Origin: Octopus vulgaris
Taxonomy: Eukaryota
Direction: 5' to 3'
Assembly: GCA_951406725.2 (NCBI GenBank)
Contig: OX597823.1
Location: 73,470,001 to 73,534,000 of the forward strand
DNA: 64,000 nucleotides
Notes under the pieces: model-generated
Databases searched by the model: none
What the model saw: the letters and a program-made list of their open reading frames with translations, nothing else
Told to the model about the DNA's origin: nothing
Translations under genes and position numbers: made by a program
Part shown: piece after piece, positions 1-13,448 of the stretch
Numbering within the stretch: the first letter of the stretch is position 1
How the letters are laid out: the number at the start of each line of letters is the position of its first letter

Positions 1-350
1 ATGCTAGAACGGGACGACACTGCATAGTGCCAAAGATCCCAGCAATGCCATCACGCTTCAGGACTAGCTACTGCAACAGCCTGGGTTTCAAGGGCCCACA
101 GCTTTTTAATATTCTCCCAAAGTGTCTGAGGAACTTGCACAAAGTAGATGTAGCGGTTTTTAAATCAAAGCTGGACCTCTTCCTGTCAAGAGTCCCAGAA
201 GAACCCTACCTCACGGCAAGAGGTGCAAATGAGGGTAGCTATATCAAAGTCCATTCTTCACCAAGTGCCACATATTAGAGGAGGCTCATAGTAATAACAG
301 TGTAGCACAAAACGGCGGTGCATAAGCATGGACGCAGCTCTGAGCTGAAA

Positions 351-353
<3 letters not shown>
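1..353 (+). mobile_element. 3' end of a CR1/L2/Daphne-group LINE (ORF2 C-terminus plus 3' UTR)
   Basis: ORF 27..278 contains GPQLFNILPKCLRN...FKSKLDLFLSRVPEEP, the typical LFNxLP...FKxxLDxFL C-terminal motif of these LINEs. It ends at a (TA)n tract. Confidence 0.75.
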
Positions 354-398
<45 letters not shown>

Positions 399-400
399 AA

Positions 401-434
<34 letters not shown>

Positions 435-829
435 TTTGTAGCCCACGTGGTAATTTTGGAGAGAGATATGAATTCGCATGTCTGTATAAGTGTAGGAATG
501 CTAGCAGTTTCGTTAGATCGTTCGATGTCGCTAGTCGAGCTGGTGTAACGGGTGAGTTTTTCTCCTAGCATTTCTAGATTTATAGGAAATATTATATTGA
601 CAGGGAAATGAGTCTTCGGTTCTAATCCAGAAACGATTCGTCTATAATTAATCCATAGGCTGGGATTTCGTTATTTTCTTCCTTTTTTGCCATATACAGG
701 TTACAAATTCTGTTGGTTTGTGGAGACTTTTTATTAGTAGAACAAATAGTGTTCAATTTGGCTGCTATTTCTAATATTTTCGGTATGTAGTTTTGAGCAA
801 CTTGTTGCAATTAACCCTTAATTATAATT

Positions 830-884
<55 letters not shown>

Positions 885-899
885 GTCTATATATATATG

Positions 900-948
<49 letters not shown>

Positions 949-1067
949 AAAAAAAAATTATTATATTCTTTTATTCTTTTGTTTCAGCCATATTTGACTG
1001 CGGCCATGCTGTATGCATATATGTGTGTGTGTGTGTGTGTAAATATATATATATATATATATATATA

Positions 1068-1246
1068 TAGTCAAAATTTACAAAGAAACAAAAGACGAAG
1101 ACGGGTGTGTAAACAATAAACAAATGTATTAGTTTAACACTCAGGAGTGAGAAAGTCTTTTACGTTTCGAGTCTACGCTCTTCGACAGAAAGGAACACAG
1201 AAATAGACAGGGAGAGACAATAGAAAAAGGTTTAGTGGCTAGCGAT
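1068..1246 (-). mobile_element. Short HHR-bearing repeat, family H1 (PLE pseudo-LTR-like), copy 1
   Basis: Closely similar copies at 32515-32695 and 58590-58808, each next to (TA)n. Contains a hammerhead-like motif at 1157-1192. Confidence 0.65.
1157..1192 (-). ncRNA. Minimal type I hammerhead-like motif (U6 variant)
   Basis: Minus strand reads cttt-CTGTCGA-agagcgtagactc-GAAA-cg-TA-aaag: stem I cttt/aaag, stem II gag/ctc, palindromic stem III acgt. Confidence 0.5.
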
Positions 1247-1310
1247 GTATTTATATATATATTTTTATTTATACACACCCACACACATATATATGCATAT
1301 ATATATATAT

Positions 1311-1350
<40 letters not shown>

Positions 1351-2013
1351 ATATATACCGTATACATACTTGATACATCTGTGCTTATTTTTGTATATGA
1401 CGTTTATGTGTGTAACGTATATAATGTTCATATGCGAACGTACATTGGTTTAAAGATTCTAAAGAAATGAAGATGCAGTGAAAGAAAAGCCTAATATTGA
1501 CGCTGAAATATAATTATAAATAGATTAAAATACAACTTGGTAAATTTTGCTTCCTATCACAGTTTCATCAACATCTCAATCTGTGAACAGTTTTAAGTCT
1601 TCCGCTGCCAATTTTATTCTGTATTTTTTTTTTTTTTTTACTTATTCACTTCCTCTATATGTAACTTTTACTCCTTTCTCTCACCTATTCTTTTTACTCT
1701 CTGTTTTCTCTCATTTATCCGTTCTTTCTCTCTTCACTCGCTTTCAAAATCACCTTCTTTCTCTGTCACATTATATGTGTTCCACGCTTTATTCTGGAGT
1801 CACTTTTCAAAACAAGACTAATACCATTAGTTAAATTCTTATCTTTAGAAACCGAATTACCACAGAAAACAAACAGACAAAATGTAAAAGCAAATCCAAT
1901 AAACCTCATCGCAATTTTGTGCTTGCTAACATTTAAAAACGAAATTGTGTTACTCTTTGATATGCATAAACACACATTCCTCTTCACTCTTTCTTTTTCT
2001 TTCAATCTCCCTA

Positions 2014-2587
<574 letters not shown>

Positions 2588-2896
2588 CTTTCTGCCTCTC
2601 TCATACATATATTAATCACCTGTCTTTCTCAGTTTCTGAACCCTTTTCATATACTCTCGTATGCCGTTGCTCCCTTTCTTACTGTAGCTGATTTAAAGAA
2701 AGAAAGATAGATAGATAAATATATAGTTAGATAGATAGATACATACATACACACATGCAATCATGCATACATACATACTACATACATACATGAATATACA
2801 TACATATATACATGCATAGACACATTATACAAAAGCTGTCAATATTTTCCTTGCAAATATGTATTTGTGTTCGTGTGTATACATACATTTATGCCT

Positions 2897-2944
<48 letters not shown>

Positions 2945-3692
2945 TTGTGTGTATGTGTGTGTACATACGTAAATATAAAATTGTGTATGGATGTATAATC
3001 ATTACTCATTTATATATATACATGAATGCACGTATAAATACATATGTACGTACATGCGCACAGAAACATACATACGCATGCTTACACTCTTCCTTCGCTT
3101 TCTTATTCTCTTACACACCTGCTGTGTTTTACGCACTCTCTTGCTTCCTCACAAACAGTCTTTTATCTCGCACACTTTTTCACTCATCTTCACACACTCT
3201 AAACCGTCTTTTCTTTCTATGTTACTCCTAAACTCTCTTACATTCACGCTGTACTCCTCTCTCTCTCTCCAACTGTTCCTCCTTCTCTCACACACATTTT
3301 CATCTCTCCATATTTCTCTCTCTCTCTTCCTCTCAATTTTTTCTTACTTTCCAGATACTTTCCTTTGTCACTTATTGTTGTTGTTTAAATATTTATATAT
3401 TTAAGCAACATATTTCGGTGAACATCTTTATTCGGTCTTCAATGACGTTTGGCATATTTCTCGTTATCGCCAACCACATAATCCCCTCCTGTAGTCGTCG
3501 CCGTCGTCAGCTTCTTTGCTAATTATTCCCATTGTCGTCATCATCTCCATTTTCGTCATCACTTTCTTCATCATAAACCTCTCTGTCGTCATCATTATCA
3601 CCTTTGTCGCCATCACCTTCCTCCTCACAAAATTGCAGCTGCCACCTTCATCATCAACATTATCAGCAACAGCATCCTTATCATTAATTCTG

Positions 3693-3792
3693 TCATCATC
3701 ATCATCATCCTCATCATCATCATTATGATCATCATTATCATCCTCATCATCATCATCATCTCATCATCATCACCATCCACCTCCTCCTCCTC

Positions 3793-3823
<31 letters not shown>
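3693..3823. repeat. (ATC)n/(CTC)n microsatellite
   Basis: Directly visible trinucleotide array. Confidence 0.9.
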
Positions 3824-3824
<1 letters not shown>

Positions 3825-4365
3825 ATTTATTTTTGTTGTCTAAAATATTTTCACCTGTAACATCAACATATCATCAGTATTTTCACATTATGGTTGATAC
3901 AACCAGTAATATATTTAATAATAATCAACAGAATTTAGAAAAATTAATAGTTTCCTTTTATGACTAAAATGGTCGGAATGCAGATGGTAATTTCTTTGTA
4001 GGGAAAATCAAAAACGTACGCTCATTTTCCTGTTACAGCCCACATATAACTCATCGAGCATGCACCACACATTGATGAACACAAATCAAAAACAGGAAAA
4101 AATCTGAGCTAATGAATAGCTTCTATGTAGTCCATAGGCTTTCAAGGTTTAGAAACCTTAAAATCTTCATGATATCTGAACATATTAGCTACAATAGCTA
4201 GTGGTACGTTATTCCTAAAGGTGATTTTGGAGAAACTTCTTCTTGATCACGATCTATTTTATTCTGAGCAATGACACTGCATCTGCTATCCATACTCTCT
4301 ACTCATACACAAGTGTTGCTCTCTCAATACTAAGTTTGAGAATCTCTGATTATCGTCCATGATAT

Positions 4366-4779
4366 ACTCTTTTACTCTTTTATTTGTTTCAGTCATTTGA
4401 CTGCGGTCATGCTGGAGCACCACCGCCTTTTGTTGAGCAAATCGACCCCATGACTTATTCTTTGTAAGCCTAGTACTTATTCTATCGGTCTCTTTTGCCG
4501 AACTGCTAAGTTATAAGGACGTAAACACACCAGCATCGGTTGTCAAGCGATGTTGGGGGGACAAACACAGACACACAAACACACACACACACACACATAT
4601 ACATATACATATATACGATGGGCTTCTTTCAGTTTCAGTCTACCAAATCCACTCACAAGGATTTGGTCGGCCCGTGGCTATAGTAGAAGACATTTGCCCA
4701 AAGTGCCATGCAGTGAGACTGAACCCGGAACCATGTGGATCGCAAGCAAGCTACTTACCACACAGCCACTCCTGCGCCT
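4366..4779 (-). mobile_element. tRNA-derived SINE family A, full length
   Basis: Minus-strand head aggcgcaggagtggctgtgtggtaag (A box) and gggttcagtc (B box), then a CORE-like segment, an internal (TG/TA)n and an A-rich tail. Several copies occur in the window. Confidence 0.9.
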
Positions 4780-6339
4780 ATACACATTTGTAACATGGCA
4801 GATATTAAATCTTAAAAGTAAATTTCTCTTGCAAATATTCTGATCATGTTTATCTCTTGTTCGAAAATGACTTCCTCCTTCTTCCCACTCGATTTGGAAG
4901 CGTTTAAAAAGAAAAACAAATGCTTGTGAACGATGAACTTACTCCCTAAATAAGTAGTGTAAATACTCTTCAAGCTGTCAAGTAATAAATTTGAATTTTA
5001 AAAACTGATAGTTGTTCAATAAATTTCGAGTATGCTCCGCATAGTTGTGAGTTTTCAAAACATATTACCAGAATTATAGGGTCACTCGAGTTGGAATATT
5101 TAGCTCCAAATATCCCTTAAATCCCTTAAATACCATTTTAGAAAGAGAGAATAGAATTAATAATGTAGTCTAAGTTACATCATCTGAAAATAGAAGTGAT
5201 GGTCACCGCTTGAATATATTTTATCAAATGTTTGCTCAACTAGAGTTGGCCTTCGAACTAAACAACAAAAATTAAGTTTTAACTGCAATTTTCATCTTTC
5301 TAACTCAAGCCACCCTTATCTAAACCTTTATGACACACCCAATTCTTGTCCTTCTAATTGCGTTAGAACTCCTTCACCAGACCAGACGCTGAACTTTGAC
5401 CTTCATTTTTATTACCAATGCTGCTTCTTGACCAGATTTATATTTTCTCAAATACCAGTCTGTGGATATTCAATATGAGTCACAGTCAAATCGATATTAT
5501 TCTCAGTTGTTTGGAAGGACTTGCAAAGAACCTGCTTTTCATCTTAACACCAACTGGTGAAAATACCACTTCTCTTCCTGTATACTGTTAATGCACTTGA
5601 AAAGAAGTTATTGACATAAATGGGATGATGATGATGATGATAATGATGTTAATATCTTCTCTCAGTAGGTGTAATTCGTCATTGCTAGACGGTACAGTTT
5701 TGTAAAAGATGTAATAATCATGAAAGGGTAAGAGGACAACCTAAAATTGGATCCCCGTTGAAAATTGATACCATTTAAATCAAGCTTCACTCTTCCTGCA
5801 GAAAAATGTCTTTACGAAAAATACAAGTGTAAGATATCTTCTAAAAAAGGGAACTATTGAGTCTCATCAACGTAAAGGGAATAGGTATTTTCTCTTAAAA
5901 TAGATCACATTATGCTGAAGAGGAAGTGGACTCATAGATGTATAATCAAATGTATAATTACTTAACATGAAAATCTATCACCAAACCAGAAATGATAACT
6001 CAAGATGCCAAATACTTAATTAACTAATTGAACCATATCCATTAGTATGACATTTTGATGTTTTCAATAAAAAATGTGATCATATTTCATTATTTATGTT
6101 ACTAAGTTGTTTATATTTATATTATATTATGTTTATGCTATAAGCGAACTGGATTCGTCTCACCACGAACCTATCTCGACATGCCACACAACGATGATTC
6201 ATATATAGTCTTAACATTTAAGAGTAGCAGAAACGTTAGGAGTGCGACTATAAGCCATACGTTGTTTAATTACTAAAAATGCCTTAAGCTAAATGCGGTT
6301 GGATGTAACTATGAGATGTTTCCTTCTCAGATACTCTCT

Positions 6340-6549
6340 CTTTACTATTTTACTCTTTTACTTGTTTCAGTAATTTGACTGCGGCCATGTTGGAGCACCG
6401 CCTTTAGTCGAGCAAATCGACCCCAGGACTTATTCTTTATAAGCCTAGTACTCATTCTATCGGTCTCTTTTGTCGAACCGCTTTGTTACGGGGACGTAAA
6501 CACACCACCATCGGTTGTCAAGCGATGTTGGGGGACAAACAAAGACACA

Positions 6550-6621
<72 letters not shown>

Positions 6622-6786
6622 TACGATGGGCTTCTTTCAGTTACCGTCTACCAAATCCACTCACACGTTTTTGGTCAACCCGAGGCAATAGTAGAAGACA
6701 CTTGCCCAAAGTGCCACGCAGTGGGATTGAACCCGGAACCATGTGGTTGGTAAGCAAGCTACTTACCACACAGCGACTCCTGCGCC
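6340..6786 (-). mobile_element. tRNA-derived SINE family A, full length
   Basis: Colinear with 4366-4779 and 24980-25399. Confidence 0.9.
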
Positions 6787-9114
6787 AACAAAAAAATAAA
6801 AGTATGTGTAAATAGAGAAATTATTAGTTCTAAATCTCCGAACGAGAAAGTGTGTGTGAAGTTTACAAAAGCCATGTTGTCAATTAGACACATGTATGAC
6901 CACGTTGTGAGGAATTGCACTTCACAATCATTTGCTTCCAAGTTCGATACCATCAAAAAGCACCTTGGTCAAACGTTTTCTTCTATAACTTCTGATTGAT
7001 CAATACTTTGTCTTTGGAAATCAGTAAACGCAATCTACGGAATCCCGTTGTAAACATATGTCAATGTTGCGTGTTTATATCTTTCGCTGTATATCAGCAG
7101 AGGATGTAAAAACACTGTTCATAATTAGTACAACATAATAATTAATTAGAAATCATGAAGGAGATAGATCATCTACTGAACTTCAATATACATACCATTG
7201 AAAATAGATTTAAAACCAAAGATATGAATCGCATAGCTTCTTGTCTTCTCTTTTTTCTTTTTTCTTTTTTACCACCAGATCGAAAGGATAAGTATATCTC
7301 ACAGAACAAGTTCAAAGACTTTCAAAATATAGAAGTCAACTTTTTGTTATCCAAGTGACAAACTAAAGCAGAATTATGACTCCAAGATTAATTAATATAT
7401 ATGCTTTAAGTATATGTTCATACTTTAGGTATATATTTATTGCGCCTTAAATATAATGTTTCAAACGCATGAATATATATCCATATACAGAATTATTTTG
7501 TTACATTGCTCATGTAATATGACAGATTATGCAATTGTGATTATTCCTCATTTCTGTTCAGAAATAGCGTGCTCTGGACTACATTATTAACTGTATCATC
7601 TAAAACGGAAGGGAATGGTTACAGTGAAATTTAGCTGTCATTTCTAACATTGAACGACAACGTAACGGCTTTTTTGTTTGGCTCACGTATGAATATACAG
7701 TGAGGCACAATTTTCTACATTAATATAGTAAAATAATTGACTGTTTTTTGTTTTTTTATTAATTAGGTTTTATTTTCTGAAGCAAGAATGCTATAGATGA
7801 TTGAAGGAGTCCATCCCTGTATAATACTTCTATTTATTGTATTTTTATAATTAGCAGAACTGACCAAGATCAATTATATAACTCACTAAAGCGAGTATGA
7901 AGTATTCGTGTTCTATTTCTATTCATTCAATCAGACATGCCAGCAACATTCCAAGAGACTAGAAAAATATAATAATTTCCACTCTACATTCATCTCCATC
8001 TCTTCCAGTAACTCTTACTTGTTCTTCTATTTGTCGATTTTTATTCCTTTGCTGAATGAATTCTATTGACTATATTTTCTTCTATTGAAAGATCATCAAA
8101 CAATACAACGAAACTGATTCAATGCTAGTTATTTTTGTCTTTGTTTATATTTTCGTATTTTTGTTTATGATGTTGCCATCGCGAATACAATATTATTATT
8201 CTAACAATATACAAGATGACTTCGTTTGGGAATTTCTCACATGAAGACAATGGTTTTGCAATCGTAAAATGATGGCTGAGCAACATATTGTCCAATAAAA
8301 AATATACTTTTATATTCATACACTTATACACTACCAGTGTATGTGCGTGTTTATGCATGTATGCATATGCAAAATAGTAATCGAGAGTGAAGACACTATT
8401 TTAATTGCATTTATCGATTGAGCATGTAGAGAGATTAGTCATATAAAGCGATCGAGAGAATCATCTTTCGACTGAAGACAATTTAGACCAGTGTACTCAA
8501 AATTCTTTACGATCATTCCAAAGAGTTGATGCTCAAGCCCGATTTCTAACTGCTTCTTTCTGCTACGGAAACAATAATAACATAGACTAAGCTAATAATA
8601 GAAACTATATTCAATTAATATCTTAATAAACATAACTCTGTAACATAAAGGTTGATTAAATCTATTTCAAATTCATAATATTTCGAATTCAGTTTTAACA
8701 CCAATGAATTTCATACTACTAAGAAAATTCTATCTTTGGTACATTAGTCTTTTACAGATTTTACTCTGTTACTCTTGTACGAGATTTGAACATTTTTCAT
8801 ATCTGGTCCTAATCTACAATCAGCTAGGAATATATATATATATATATACAATACGATCTTTAAGTCGACTTTGACATACTATCTGGTTATTAGTGTACTT
8901 AGTAAATAATGCACGCACACTGAACGCTTATCTCCTGGTTATCTGGGAAGATTAGAGAACGTTTTAAGTCTTCTGTTATTTTATTTTTTCGTTTTTCATA
9001 AAAACAAAATGACGACAGTGTTCGAATGAGAGGCTTTGATATATTTCAAAATATAATTTTCTATACTATAGACTATTGCTTTTCATTCATATTAACCACT
9101 TTCTATATATGTGA

Positions 9115-9185
9115 ATGTGTGTGTGTGTGCGTGTATGTGCTTGCTCGCATGTATATATATATATACATGTATGTATGTATATATA

Positions 9186-9221
<36 letters not shown>

Positions 9222-9396
9222 TGTATGTATGTATGTATGTATGTATATATGTATGTATATATATGAGTATGCGTGTATACATATATATATATATTTTGGT
9301 AAAAATACATTTATATATATATGTGTCTGTATGTGTATATATATATATATTTGTGTGTGTGCATATATATATATATATATACAGGTAAACATACAG

Positions 9397-9444
<48 letters not shown>
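9115..9444. repeat. Compound (TG)n/(TA)n/(TATG)n microsatellite
   Basis: Directly visible. Confidence 0.9.
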
Positions 9445-9446
<2 letters not shown>

Positions 9447-10245
9447 ATGTTCAGGTATAATAAAAGCAATTTTACAATGATCAGATGGGTTACTCTGTTC
9501 TTTTGCAGAGTAAAAATTAATTATTTTTAAACAAGAATATTATTAATAGTGGCTTGGAAGTTTCGGACAGCCAAGCCATCGTCGAACTACGATGCATTAA
9601 AGTTCATTTTGGCTTTAAATAGTTTCCTTTAAGGTAAGATCTTCCTTGGGTGTGTGGTTTGGAGTGGAGTGATAATTATATTGTTGGATGGGTTGTGGTA
9701 GAGGAGTGTTATAAAAAAATACACACACACACACACACACACGTTTGTCGTGGTGGTGAAGTCTAGCGTGCGGTTGAGTTAATTGTATTCTGAATGAGTT
9801 CGGCTGAGGAGCTACAAATAAAGGTATATTATGTGAGTAAAATTACATAATCTATTAATTTATTAATAGCGAAACAATTGTCCCGAATTAATTTGAATTC
9901 TTGTTATGTTTATTTGCCCTGTCTGCGCCAGTAGTTGTGCTAATATTCATCGGAAACATTTTTTATGTGGCTGAAGCCCTATGGATCTATTTTTAGTGCT
10001 AGAGTAGACCACATAGTGGTCGCTCTCTTATATTTATGTATAAATGTATGAAAATCCGGATTTTATATGCACTAAGCCACCCGGTGTTAAATGGATCTAC
10101 TATTAAATTAGTATACAAATTTCTCACCCTCATTGGTTGATTATATATATATATATATATATATATAATAAATATTAGGGAATAAATCCAAATTTACAGG
10201 GAAAAATCAGATTTAGGATTAAATCCAATTTTATAGTAAAATATT

Positions 10246-10483
10246 ATATATATTAATTAGAGACAAAACCACTATTTTGCAAAACAAACAAGGAAAGACT
10301 TAATCAATACATAAAATTTTAACAAAAAGTAAAAAAAAGTAAAAAAAAGTTTTAAAAAAGTTTTAAAAAGTTTTTTAAAAAAAGTAAAAAAAAGTAAAAA
10401 ATAAAAAATAAAAAAATAAAAAATTTTATGTATTGATTAAGTCTTTCCTTGTTTGTTTTGCAAAATAGTGGTTTTGTCTCTAA

Positions 10484-10494
<11 letters not shown>
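10246..10494. repeat. Perfect ~75-bp inverted repeat with A-rich spacer, between (TA)n tracts
   Basis: 10246-10320 (attaattagagacaaaacc...ataaaatttt) is the reverse complement of 10420-10494. Confidence 0.9.
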
Positions 10495-10551
<57 letters not shown>

Positions 10552-11645
10552 GTGGTAAGACTTAAGCAAATAGAAAAGGATTGGGTCGGCTAAGAGAGTA
10601 AAGGTAATGTTATAATAAAAACAACAAATATTATCAAATACAGCCACCTATTGTTTCCTGGTCGACATAATAATTGTTATTGCCATTTTGCAAGCTGAGA
10701 ACCGTTTTTGTGTTGTCTTTTGAGCAGATAACGTTTAAACAAGAGACTGACAAGGAAGAAGACAAGAAGAAAGACACAAGGGTGGTAACCAGCACTACAA
10801 TAATTCGATGTCATGTAGATGTAAACAAGATGTTAATGGTTTACTAAGTGTCAAGTGGTCTACTTGTAAATTCCAACCAGATGTATTTCTTGAAATGCGG
10901 ATATTCAAAAAAAATCTCGTTCCTCGAATTTATGTATAGTCGCTAAACTATATTTACACATTTGTATATTTATCTTTATATCTTTTATTCGTCTAATAAT
11001 ACTCACTCATTCGCTCAATAAAATAAATGTAATACTATACCAAGTACTCAAAGAAAGTATTAGAATTTCTGAAGAAACACGAAGAGTGGAGATCCCACCG
11101 AAGAATTAACAGTGGGAAATATATAACAGACTTCATGTTATAGATCTTATGTATTGTAACAGCCTCCTATAATGTTTTGTTGGGTTTTTTTAACATGCAC
11201 AACAAATACTTTAGTTTAAAAAAATGAGACAAGTTTGCATATGATACAATTGACGAAATAATTAAAGCCATTTTTCTCTTCAAAAACCACGCAGCAAACA
11301 CGAAAATGATGCAGGGAACAACATAAATTGGCTGATGCAGAATTTTATAATTTGGAGAAATCCCATTTTTGTTGTATATGCTAAAAATATTGCGTCATGA
11401 TAACTATCACAAAGTATTAAAAAACCCAATAACATCGTGAATTTTAATTGGTCTAATATAGTACAAATCTTCATTGGCTAAAAATGCAAGAAGACTACAT
11501 TTAGATGCAAAATATTATATATAAATTAGAATTTTAAAGAATTTTCTCCAGAGTGCAAACTTTAATAATTGCTTTCGTTTAGTAAAAGTTACATATTCCC
11601 AACTATTTAATAAGCAGCTTTCATCATAATTGCATACATATACTT

Positions 11646-11695
<50 letters not shown>

Positions 11696-12143
11696 TACAC
11701 ACAGACACACACACATACGTACATGAATGTATTCTAATAATCTATTCATTTAACAAATAGATATATATACTCGAAGGGAAAAATATCACTAAGCAGTTCA
11801 GGAATTTCATTTTTAGCACAGATGTCCTATCAAAAGTTAATGATTATTTAAACATCTTGAAATGCGTTCGTCACAATATGCAAGAATTTCTCAGAGTTTT
11901 CATCAACAGAATACGCACAAGCATTGATTTGTGGTTAGGTTTGTTACTTCAACACCTCAGAGTTCCACGTTCAATCCCACAGCGCAGCATTTTGGCTAGA
12001 TGGTTTATTACTAATAGATTCAAATTTCCTCATAAGGGAAGTTTCGTGGACGAAAACTGCGCGGTGGCCACTAGTGGGTGTGTATGTGTGAATGCGTGTA
12101 TGTGTGTGTGTGTGTGTTTGCATGTATATATATATAGAGAGAG

Positions 12144-13175
12144 AGAAAGGGATGCGTGCGTTTCGTCATATAATATATTAATAAATAAAACATATGCATA
12201 TATATATATACATATATGTACGTACCTACCTCTACATGTATATATATACACGCATATATGAGTACTGGACACCAAAAAAACGTCGAACACAATGAGAAAC
12301 GAAAACATAGACACAAACCCAAGGAACTGGACATTTTTCTTAAACAACAAAAAAAATAGAGTACAGGACAAATAACACAAGGAAAAAACCTCTTCTTCAG
12401 TCGCCATGGTTTCATCTACTCTACGTTTCGAAGGTGAAAACGAGACGTATCTTCGATAGAAACTTTCCTTCCTGCGAAAAGCAAATCAAATAAAATTTGA
12501 GATCTTTTTACAGAGGGGTAAAAATGATAACAAAAACAGGACAGTAACGACAGTACAAAATATAAGCAGTAAAAGACAGGACAAGGAAAATAACAAGACA
12601 AGAAGGGCTGTTAAGCCGAACGAAAAAAAGTATTACGAACGCTATTTCTGTGGACGGCGAAGGGAGCAAAGAAAATTGCCGTCCACACCTCAAGAAGGTC
12701 AGGCGAGAAAGAAGGTGGCAAGGCTCTCGTCGCGGGTTAACGGCGGGAGGGAGGAGGAGGAGTAAGAGAAAGGGAGAGAAGAAAGGGGAATGGTTGTGAG
12801 GAAACCAGAAAGAATGAAGAATGAGAGAGAGGGAGAGAGAGAGAGTGAAGAATGAGAGAGAGGGAGAGACAGTTAAGTAGAAGAAAAGGAAATCAAAGAA
12901 TGAAGGCTGAGAAAAGGAGGGGACAGAAAGGTTAAGAGTGCGCATCGAAATTAATATCAAGAACAATCTTACTTAGAAAGGGATGCGTGCGTTCCGTCAT
13001 ATAATATATTAATAAATAAAACATATGCATATATATATATATATACATATATGTACGTACCTACCTCTACATGTATATTTACACGCATATATGAGTACAG
13101 GACACCAAAAAAACGTCGAACACAATGAGAAACGAAAACATAGACACAAACCCAAGGAACTGGACATTTTTCTTA
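12144..13175 (-). mobile_element. Non-coding PLE/retrozyme-like element, family H2, with ~200-bp terminal direct repeat
   Basis: 12144-12342 is repeated at 12975-13175. Homologous to 14862-15265 and 37925-38292. Carries a rearranged HHR motif at 12389-12476. Confidence 0.65.
12389..12476 (-). ncRNA. Candidate non-circularly permuted hammerhead (family H2)
   Basis: Minus strand reads tacg-TC-tcgtt..ccttc-GAAA-cgta...ggcga-CTGAAGA-agagg. The core is intact and the site is GUC. Confidence 0.6.
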
Positions 13176-13214
13176 TATATATATATATGGCGGGTATGTA
13201 TTTTATGTACGTAT

Positions 13215-13254
<40 letters not shown>

Positions 13255-13263
13255 GTATACATA

Positions 13264-13316
<53 letters not shown>

Positions 13317-13398
13317 ATTTATGCATGCGTATACATATATATATATGTACATACATACAACATTGTGTTATCATGTACATACATATATATATCTATGA

Positions 13399-13448
<50 letters not shown>

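Noticed and set aside
490-580. Helix aggaatgctag/ctagcatttct with GAAAC on the minus strand as an HHR
   Set aside because: No recognisable CUGANGA core at the required position.
4050-4860. Old LINE RT remnant split by the SINE
   Set aside because: Motif resemblance is too degraded to support a call.
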